DNA of 64,000 bases, taken from NCBI GenBank assembly GCA_030390025.1, contig CM059431.1, positions 149,422,001 through 149,486,000 of the forward strand, given 5' to 3'. Below, in pieces: positions 1-8,899 of this stretch; positions within the stretch are counted from its first letter, which is position 1, and each line of letters opens with the position of its first letter. The translations under genes and the position numbers were made by a program. The stretch is from Squalus acanthias. Lineage: Eukaryota. Below the pieces are notes generated by a model, which was given only the letters and a program-made list of their open reading frames with translations, was not told the DNA's origin and did no database searches.

Positions 1-852
1 GTGCACGAAACTCAAAAGGTTAGTATGCAGGTGCAGCAAGTGATTAAGAAGGCAAATGGAATGTTGGCTTTCATTGCTAGGGGGATAGAATATAAAAATA
101 GGGAGGTATTGCTTCAGTTGTACAAGGTATTGGTGAGACCGCACCTGGAATACTGCATACAGTTTTGGTGTACTTACTTAAGGAAAGACATCCTTGCTCT
201 CGAGGCAGTGCAAAAAAGGTTCACTCGGTTAATCCCTGGGATGAGGGGGTGGTCATATGAGGAGAGGTTGGGTAGATTGGGACTCTACTCATTGGAGTTC
301 AGAAGAATGAGAGGCGATCTTATTGAAACATATAAGATTGTGAAGGGGTTGGATCGGTTGGATGCGGGGAGGATGTTCCCGATGACGGGTGAGACTAGAA
401 CTAGGGGACATAGTCTTAGAATAAGGGGCTGCTCTTTCAAAACTGAGATGAGGAGGAACTACTTCACTCAGAGGGTGGTAGGTCCATGGAATATGCTGCC
501 ACAAAAAGCTGTAGAAGCTACATCATTAAATAAATTTAAAACAGAAATAGACAGTTTCCTAGAAGTAAAGGGCATTAAGGGTTACGGGGAGCGGGCAGGA
601 ATTTGGACATGAGTCTAGGTTCGGATCCGGTCATGGCCCTGTGGGTAGTGGAGCGGGCCCAGGGACCGTGTAGCCTGATTCTGCTCCTATTTCGTGTGTG
701 CATTTCTGTTAGATGCAGGAGACGGTTCTGTGATAGATAGTAGATTGGCGGTTAGGATCAGATCAGCCATGATCTTATTGAATGGCGGAGCAGGCTCGAG
801 GGGCCGATTGGCCTACTCCTGCTCCTATTTCTTATGTTCTTATGTTCTTATG
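1..852 (+). mobile_element. CR1 LINE 3' end (ORF2 C-terminus, 3' UTR, microsatellite tail)
   Basis: Open ORF 1-612 with CR1 motifs (KKANGMLAFIARG, LVRPHLEYC, LEFRRMRGDLIETYKI, FTQRVV); ends in CTATTTCTTATGTTCTTATGTTCTTATG. Confidence 0.95.
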
Positions 853-1015
853 TAGATGAACTGGTCGTTATTTCAACACTGTTTGTGGGAACTTGCTGTG
901 CACAAATTGGCTGCCGTGTTTACTACAGTACAACAACTGACTTCAATTCAACCGTACTTATTTGGCTGTGAAGTGCTTTCGGGTCATCCCAAGTTCGTGA
1001 AAGGCGCTCTTTCTT
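853..1015 (+). mobile_element. DeuSINE/SacSINE1-like 3' fragment
   Basis: TGTGGGAACTTGCTGTGCACAAATTGGCTGCC...GTGAAAGGCGCT matches SINE copies at 23730-24185 (-) and 46290-46640. Confidence 0.8.
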
Positions 1016-1689
1016 AGTAATAAGTTTCAAAAGGTAATACGATATATACGTGAAAAGGAGAAATTTTCAGGACTTTGAGGAAACTGTTTAATTATTTACT
1101 ACCATTCACGAAAGGATATGACAGCTTTGAAATAATCATATCGGTTGCCTGAAGATGTGCTGATTCATCAGCTGAATGATGGCGGTCGGTGGTAATCAGC
1201 AGGAAGTGACCTTGCCCATGTCTGAATGGAAGCCATGAGACTTCATTATGTCCTTAGGCAAATTTGAGGCCTCGCAGGATCTCTCCCAGTCGACTGTATA
1301 CCCCTGTCCACCCAACTCTGTTGGGTCTGTCCTACTTTAGGAACAGGATATACCCTGAGATGGTGATGGAGGAGTCGGGAATGTTGAATGATAGGTATGG
1401 TTCTGTGACTATTATTGTGCGAGAATTCAATGTTTCCAGAGCGATTCATTGAGTATTGAGACAGTGACAGGGTATGTATGTCATTGGTTAATATTTTAAG
1501 CAGTACCCTTTGATTACTTGGTGTAAAACCATTTATCGTTTGATTATGTTCTCTCCCTCTGTAAAGCACCATTATAGGATTGGCTTTTTGAGGTCAATCA
1601 TTAGAAACACCATGTTGTACTTGTTCTAGATTCAGGCAAATTGAATGCCCTGGGAATCAACTTGTTGGACAAAGACGGGAACATGAAAT

Positions 1690-1835
1690 CCTGGCAGCCC
1701 TGGGAATGAAATTCCTGTATTGAGGCGGGAGCTGTGTAATCTAGGGGTTGCTGGGAATAGAATTCCTGGAGTGAGGCAGGAACAGTTTAATCTAGGCGGC
1801 GCTGAGCATAACATTCCTGGACTGAGGACGGGTGA
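1690..1835 (+). repeat. 51-bp VNTR upstream of GPCR unit A (~3 copies)
   Basis: Unit GGGAATGAAATTCCTGGACTGAGGCGGGAGCAGTGTAATCTAGGCGGCCCT; same repeat in units B and C. Confidence 0.8.
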
Positions 1836-1859
1836 AATGTTGTGCATACGCTCACTTTT

Positions 1860-2100
1860 AATTTAAAGCTGTGTACAATAATGTGAGCTAGGTTGAGTTG
1901 CAGTGAAGTTTTGGGGTGACAATGGATAAATGAGTCTGGGTGTTCAATGACTGTAATTAATGCCAGTTGCAGTGAGGCCTAATGATGTCACTCGGGGATT
2001 TCCCGCTGCTCTAAATAAGGATTCCCCTTCACCTTGTGACCTCACACAATCAGCGCGTTCCCTCCAGCACAAAGAGCACCCCCCTCTCATAAAAGGGATG
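1860..2100 (+). promoter_or_regulatory. Putative GPCR promoter block (unit A)
   Basis: Conserved in B (~51420-51660) and C (~61800-62045); TGTTCAATGACTGTAATTAATG also found upstream of the divergent exon 1 (21812-21833); AT-rich CTAAATAAGG at 2011. Confidence 0.5.
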
Positions 2101-2169
2101 TTGTGGGTTCGAGGATCTGGACGGAAAGCATTCTTGAACAGTGGCAGTTAACAAGAATACTTTGGATTA

Positions 2170-2853
2170 ACAACAGAAAATGAATAAAAACACTCAGCAG
2201 TTCAGGCAGCATCCGTGGAGAGAGAACCAGTGTTACCGTTTCTGGTCTGTGACCCTTCATCAGAACTGGAAACATTAGAGATTTATTAAATTTTAAGCCG
2301 ATGCAGGGGGAGGGAAAGGGGGTAGGGTAGGAATGAACAAAAGGAATCGTCTGTGATAGGGTGGAATTTAGGAGTGGTGAAATGCAGGGTCTTGAATCTG
2401 TATAAAGCTCTGCCCCAGAGAGCTGTGGAGGTTGGGTCATTGAATATATTTAAGGTGGAGATAGAAATATTTTTGAACAACAAGGGAGTGAAGGTTTTGG
2501 GGAGCGGGCAGGGAAATGGAACTGAGCCCAAGATCAGATCAGCCATGATCTCATTAAATGGCGGAGCATGCTCGAGTGTTCGAATGGCCTACTCCTGCTC
2601 CTATTTCTTATGTTCTTATGTTCTTATACTAAATTGCAAGAATTACAAGTAAATCGTTGTTTCACCTCAAGGCGTGTTTGTGGCCGTGGACATTGGGAAG
2701 GGAAGAGGTAAACGGGCAGGTGTTGCATCTCCTGCGCTTGCACTGGAAGGTGCTGTGGGGAGGGTAGGTTGAGGGGCTTTTGGGGGTGATTGAGGAGTGG
2801 AACAGGATGTTGTGGAGGGAGCGGTTCCTTCGGAATGCTTAAAGGGGAGGGGA
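2170..2853 (-). mobile_element. Penelope-like element fragment, interrupted by a CR1 3' end at ~2386-2625
   Basis: Minus strand reads EVKQRFTCNSCNLV (segment leading into GIY-YIG) and has a terminal CTGATGAAGGGTCACAGACCAGAAAC hammerhead-like motif; CR1 tail TTCTTATGTTCTTATG at ~2605-2625. Confidence 0.75.
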
Positions 2854-2854
2854 T

Positions 2855-2903
2855 GATATACAAAAGATTTACTATCCCCTTCTCGCTCCTTGTAGTGTTC
2901 CTA
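2855..2903 (+). CDS. 3' part of GPCR exon 1, unit A (DIQKIYYPLLAPCSVP, phase-1 donor)
   Basis: TM1-start motif IYYP..VP followed by GTAAG at 2904; phase matches acceptor at 4814/4815; no in-frame ATG directly upstream (TAA in the Penelope sequence). Confidence 0.65.
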
Positions 2904-3339
2904 GTAAGTGTCTAAGTTTAGTTATTAATTCTATAAGCCATGTTACACTGTAATATTATTCTCGCTATTTACCGTCGCATACTCAGTAATTAATGGTAAT
3001 CTGTGTTTCAAGTTGTTGCATCTTTGTTGATGCAAGACTTTTTGTTTAAAATGACTGGCACATCCTCGCTAATGTTGGTGTTCCTGGTAAGTCTCTGTAT
3101 CCAGCTATTAATTATATAAATCATGTTTAACAGTATTACTGTTCTTGTCATACTCCATCCCATCCCCACTGCTGTCGGCTGTTGATTCTGAAGGTTTTAC
3201 CAAGATTCAATTGTTCTGTATTCAACTCAGGAAACGATATTGGACGAGACTCTTTATTTAACGAATTTCCTCCTGCTATCTACGCTGAACATTTGTAACA
3301 GGTCAGCAGAATATTGTCTTGGTTGAGGAGAGTTGTCAG

Positions 3340-3475
3340 CTAATGGCGGAAGAACATCGCCCTGTAACGTTAACTCTCTCTCTCTCTCCACAGATGCTGC
3401 CTGACCTGGTGAGTATTTAAAGCATTTTCAATTCTTATTTCAGACTTCCAGGATCCGCAGTAATTTGCTTTTGTT
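3340..3475 (+). mobile_element. Penelope-like terminal fragment in GPCR intron
   Basis: AACGTTAACTCTCTC...CCACAGATGCTGCCTGACCTG, reverse complement of 2190-2240; paralog at ~52845-52975. Confidence 0.6.
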
Positions 3476-4814
3476 TTCACCAATGCTCGGTATGGTTACT
3501 GACACAGAGTCACAGCAACAAATCCTGACAGATCACATCCACATTTTTAAATGTCTGAAATATCCGCTAATCATTCAGTTCCAGTCAGTGTCTCCTTTCC
3601 CACCATCTCCAGCTCTGCATTAGTGGCACTGCTTCTGATGTTTAGAATAGGATTACAAGGATCATTTACATACACATAAAACGTTCAGTCCGCCGTATTT
3701 CAAAGCGTTTATTTCAATCTTTGTTTTGAATTTACAATTGGATCCCATGCCGGCCTGTCACAGTTCAGTGGATCTCTCAGTGAGACCCAGAGTGATTCTC
3801 TATTGCCTCCTGCAGTACTGCAGAATAAACAATCCCAACTGATTGTAACTGAATACTGAGGATAAGAAAATCCTTTCATATTTTCTCGACTAATATTCTC
3901 TGCACAAATTGGAAACCAACAGGTGAAAAAGTACAAGGATAAATCTATTCCATTTGAGTTCAGATACTTTACAAAAGCGTTCCGCGGCTCGTTCCCTGTG
4001 TGATAAGTCGCGTGATTATGAAGCTAAAAAGTGTATTTAGTGGGTTGTTACCTGGTCAAAGATAACTATTTATTTTAATTCAGAATCAATTTTTTGCAAT
4101 GTTATTTGGAATATCTTCATTTCAATGAGCTACAGTTTGAGTATTTCAGCAAAACTGTAGAAAGCTCAAAGTTCAAAGCATTTCTTACAGCCGAGTTATC
4201 TTTATAACTGTAGGTCACTTGTATTTATTATCTCACATTTGCATATTACAGCCGTACATATTAAATACAATTGCCGGTAATTATTGCACGACAAGGTTGC
4301 AGTTTTTGTATTTTGTTGTTGCAATCATTTTCAGTTGTAACTATAGCCAGGAACATGAATCTAAGCGGGATTTCCCCCTCACTAACACAGGGGCACAGAA
4401 GCGAATTGCACCGTTCCAAATGCTGACTGATCCCGGGATACGAAGGCTTCCTGATAGGTTCTGGTCCTTTGTGTCCCTGGTACCTCGGGCGGAGCTTTTG
4501 TCTGCTGGGCTAAAGTTATATCTACCATTTAGTCTCTCATTGATCAAACATCTGTTAATTTCATGTTATATTTATCCCCGTTTCATTTCTTAATTCCGCA
4601 GTGTATTCTCGATTATTCTTACAATAAACACTGTATTCAGCTCCACGGGTAATAGGATTAGATGAAATAATAGAATGTCGCTGTTGAGTTACAGATTTCT
4701 CCCCGAATTCCATCAAAATGCTGTTCTTTCTCACAGCCTGATATACAATTTCCGTGTTTTTTTCCGCTCCCAGCCTGAAGTATAATTTCCGTGTGTTTTT
4801 TCCCTTCCTCACAG

Positions 4815-5716
4815 TGAACGTAGTGACGATTGTGATCCTGTCCCAAAGAAAGTGCGGTCTCTCCAAATGTGTCACTCGGTACCTGGTGGCCATGGCAGCG
4901 GCAGATCTACTGGTCGTTATCCTCGACCTGATACTGAGGCAGATTCCGATTGCTTATATGGAACAGTTTCTTTTCTTGCAGTCATTCCCGGTGTGCAATA
5001 TCCACGCCGTCCTGCTTTATGCAGCCACGGACTGCTCTGTCTGGTTCACCGTCACTTTCACCTTTGATCGATTTGTGGCCATCTGTTGCCAGAAGTTGAA
5101 AACTAATTATTGCACCGAGAAATCGGCGGCTGTGGTTCTGGGAACAGTGACTGTGCTGAGCGGGTTAAAGAATATTTTCTGGTATTTTATGTTCAAAGAT
5201 CGGTATATGCTTATGAACTTCCCCTGGTTTTGTGATGTAACAATCCCTGTTCTGTTTTCACGGATCTGGGGAGCAATCGAGTTCCTTCATTATATTCTCA
5301 CCCCGGGGGTCCCGTTTGTTGTGATTCTGCTGCTCAATGCTGTCACCGTCAGACACATTTTAGTGTCCAGCAGAGCCCGCAGGAGACTCCGGGGTCCCAG
5401 CAGTGGGGAGAGTCCCAGAGACCCAGAGATGGAGAGCCGCAGGAAATCCATCATTTTACTGCTTGTTATCTCCGGCAATTTCATCCTGTTATGGGCAGCG
5501 TTTATGGTGTTTGCTCTTTGGAACCGCATGTTTTTTGTGGGGTTTCGTAACATGGATCCACCTCCTTTTTTACAGGAATTGGGATTGATGTTGCAGATGC
5601 TGAGTTGCTGCACAAATACTGGGATTTATGCCTTGACCCAGACTAAGTTCAGAGAGCAGTTGAAGAACGTTGGGAAATATCTCTTCGCTCTCATTGTAAA
5701 ATTCATTAAAAAATGA
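4815..5716 (+). CDS. Class A orphan GPCR, GPR139/GPR142-like, main exon (TM1 end to C-terminus), open frame
   Basis: Polypyrimidine+CAG acceptor at 4814; NVVTIVIL, YLVAMAAADLL (TM2), C in TM3, FDRFVAIC (DRY-like), WFC in ECL2, LTPGVPF (TM5), SCCTNTGIY (NPxxY-like), TQTKFREQL helix 8; TGA 5714-5716. Confidence 0.9.
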
Positions 5717-5759
5717 AGAGAAGCGGAGACTTTTTATTCTGAAAGCTCCTTAGGCCACA

Positions 5760-6350
5760 CATTGTGGCGACCCGCTCTTTCCCGAACAAGCACGCCCCCC
5801 GGCGGGAAAATTCATGTTAAAAAGTTCACCGCCACGGCGCCCCGCACAAATATTACGGCTCCGGCGCAACGCACAAATATAGCGGCTCCGGTACCTCGCA
5901 CAATGATGGCGGCTCCGGTAGCGCCAAAAAAAATAGCGGCCCCGGCGCCAAGCACAAAGTTGTCGTAACCGGCGCCCCGCAGAAAAATGGCGCCCCCCGG
6001 CGAAACGTACAAAGATGGCGGCTCCGTTGCTCCGCACAACGATAGCGGCCCTTGGCGCTCCGCACAAAGATGGCGGCTCTGGTGCACCTGACAAAAAAGG
6101 CGGCGCTTGCGTACCGCAGAAAGATAGTGGCTCTGGCAAACCTGCGCAATAATGTCGACTGCGGCGCCCATAAAAAATATGGCGGCTCTGGCGTCCGGCA
6201 CAAAGATGGTGGCTCTGGTGCTCCTAAGAAATATGCCGGCTCTGGAGCCCCTAACAAAGATGTCGGCCCCGGCGCCTCGCAGAAATAAGTAGTGTCTCTG
6301 GTGCCCCGCAAAAAAGATGGCGGCTCTGGCGGCACGCACAAAAATCGCGG
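5760..6350 (+). repeat. CpG-rich ~30-bp degenerate tandem array with YY1-like motifs
   Basis: Recurrent CACAAAGATGGCGGCTC(C/T)GGCGCCCCG units immediately after the GPCR stop. Confidence 0.8.
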
Positions 6351-6477
6351 CCAATTCTATGGTGTTATGATTGATACTACTCACACTTTTACAATTTCCC
6401 TATTTTTTCAAGAGGTGCTTGATAAAGTTGCAAATATTACCAACACTGAAGCCCATGGAATTAAATTGGCAGTGGCC

Positions 6478-8505
6478 ACAGTGAGTAGTGCGAGGTATAT
6501 CAGTATTACAGTGAGTAGTGTGGGTTGTAACAGTCCAGAATGTGACATGTATCAGACGGTTACAGTGAGTGGTGTGGGGTACATAAGATTATAAAAGTGA
6601 GGGGAGTGGGGTATTACAGTGTGTGTTACAATGAGTGGCGTGGGGTATATCAGAGTGTTACCGTGAGGGGTGTTGTGTATATCAGTATTACAGTGACTGG
6701 TGTGGGGTGTAACTGTCCAGAATGTAGCATTTATCAGAGTGTTACAATGAGGGGTGTGGGGTATATCAGACTGTTAGACTGAGGGGTTCGGGGTATATCA
6801 GAGGGTTACCCTGAGGGGTGTGGTGCCTATTTGACTGTTAAAGTGAGGAGCGTGGGGTATATCAGAGTGTTACAATGAGGTGTGTGGGGTATATCAGAGA
6901 GTGTTAGAGTGAAGGGTGCCGGTATATCAGATTGTTACAGTGAGCATTGTGCGAGATTTCAGAGTGTTACCATGAGCGGTGTGTGGTATATCAGAGTGTT
7001 ACAGCGAATGGAGTGGGATATCTCCGAGTGTTACTGCATTGTGCGGCATATCAGAGTCTTACAGCTAGTGGTGTGGGGTATATCACAGTGTAAATTGAGG
7101 GGTGTGTGGTATATCAGAGTTTTACAGTGAGGAGTGTGGGGTGCTTCAGAATGTTACAGTGTGGGTTGTGGAGTATATCAGAGTGTGTCACAGTGAGGGT
7201 GGAGAAGTATATCAGATTGTGTTACAGCGAGTGGTGTGGGGAGTAACAGCCAGTGTGTGGCATATATCAGAGTGTTAGAGAGAGTGGTGTGGGGTATATC
7301 AAAGTGTTGTAGTGAGGGGTGTGGGGTATATCAAATTGTTACAGTGATGTGTCTGGCGAATACGAGTGTGTTACAGTGAGGGGTATGGGTATATAAGTGT
7401 GTTACACTGAGAGGTCTGGGTCATAACAGAGTGTTACTGTGAGGGGTGTGGGTAATATTATAGTTTTACAGTGAGGGTGGTGTAGTATATAAGAGAGTTA
7501 GAGTGAGAAGTGTGGGTATATCAGATGTCGGCAGTGAGTGGTGTGGGTAGCATCGGTATTACAGTAATGGGTGTGGTGTATGTAAGAATATTACAGCGAG
7601 GGATGTTGGATAAACCAGAGTGGTACAGTTAGGGAGTGTTGGTTATTTTAATGTTACAGTGAAGGTGTGAGTTATAACAGAACGTTACATTGATGGATGT
7701 GAAGTATATCATAGTAAGTTACAGTGTGGGGTATATAAGAGTGTTACATTGAGTGGTGTGGGGTTTATTACAGTGTTACAGTGAGGGGTGTGGGATATAT
7801 CTGAATGTTACAGTGAGGGGTGTGGAGAATATCAAACTGTCTTGTAGTGATGGAGTGGTGTTTATCAGAGTGTGACAGTGAGGGTGCCGGACTGTATCAG
7901 AGTGATGCGAGGTATATCAATACTACAGTTAGGGGTAAATGGTATATCAAAGGATTACAGTGAGAGGTCTGTGGTATATCAGTTTTAGAGTGAGGGGTGT
8001 GTGGTATATCAGAGTGCAATAGTGAGTGATGTGCGGTATATTAGAGCGTTACAGTGAGAGGTTTGGGGTATATCAGAATGTTACAGTGAGGGGTGTGGGG
8101 TATATCAGATTGTTACAGTGAGAGGTGTAGGGTATATCAGAGCTTTACAGTGAGGGGTGTGGGGTATATCAGAGTGTTAAATTTTGGGGTGTGGGTTATA
8201 TCAGAGTGTTATAGTGATTGTTGTAGCGGATATCACTGTTACAGCAGGAGTTGAGGTCCACAACTGAAATTTATTGGGCAGCGGGGGTCTATCAGGGCGT
8301 TGCACTGAGAGGTTTGAGGTAAATCAGTGTGTTACATTAATGGGGTGTGGTATATCAGAGTTTTACAATGAAGAGTGTGGGGAATTGCAGTGTGGTACAG
8401 TGAATGTTTAGGGCATATCAAATTGTTACAATGAGTGTTGTGGGGTATATTTGAGTGTTACATTGAGGGGTGTGGTGTATATCAGAGTACTATACCGAGT
8501 GGTGT
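6478..8505 (+). repeat. ~32-bp G-rich minisatellite
   Basis: Unit TGTTACAGTGAGGGGTGTGGGGTATATCAGAG repeated with decay over ~2 kb. Confidence 0.93.
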
Positions 8506-8770
8506 GGCCCGGAATCGCAAGGCGATCTCGGTGCCAGGCATCGTGAGTGGAGCTCGGGGCCAGAGACCAGAGGCGAGCTCGGGGCCAGGAACCGCGAGGC
8601 GAGCTCGACTCGAGTAATAGTGAGTGGAGCTTGGGGCCAGGGATCGCGAGGCGAGCTCGGGGCCAGGAATCGCGACGCGAGTTCGGGGCAAGAGACCAGA
8701 GGAAAGCTCGGGGCCAGGAACCGCGAGGCGAGCTCGGGGCCAGGAACGGCGAGTGGCGCTCGGGGACAGG
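8505..8770 (+). repeat. 26-bp GC-rich tandem repeat
   Basis: Unit GAGCTCGGGGCCAGGAACCGCGAGGC, ~8-9 copies. Confidence 0.85.
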
Positions 8771-8899
8771 AATACTAATACAAATACAGGCACAAATACA
8801 AAAAACTGATGGGGCTCCACTAACCTCCCCCCGGCTAAACTTCACCAGAATATCAGTGCTAATTTGATCTTGTGAGACGCATCATCATTCATGTCCGAG

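Noticed and set aside
4754..4814. GTG start of the 320-aa ORF as the receptor N-terminus
   Set aside because: Lies in the intron polypyrimidine tract; CAG acceptor at 4814 is conserved in B where the upstream frame is not called
4815..5716. Assigning the symbol GPR139
   Set aside because: Family resemblance only; a multi-copy divergent paralog, orthology not shown
5750..6384. Overlapping 129-190 aa ORFs 3' of the GPCR
   Set aside because: Stop-poor GC-rich tandem repeat; frames not conserved in unit B
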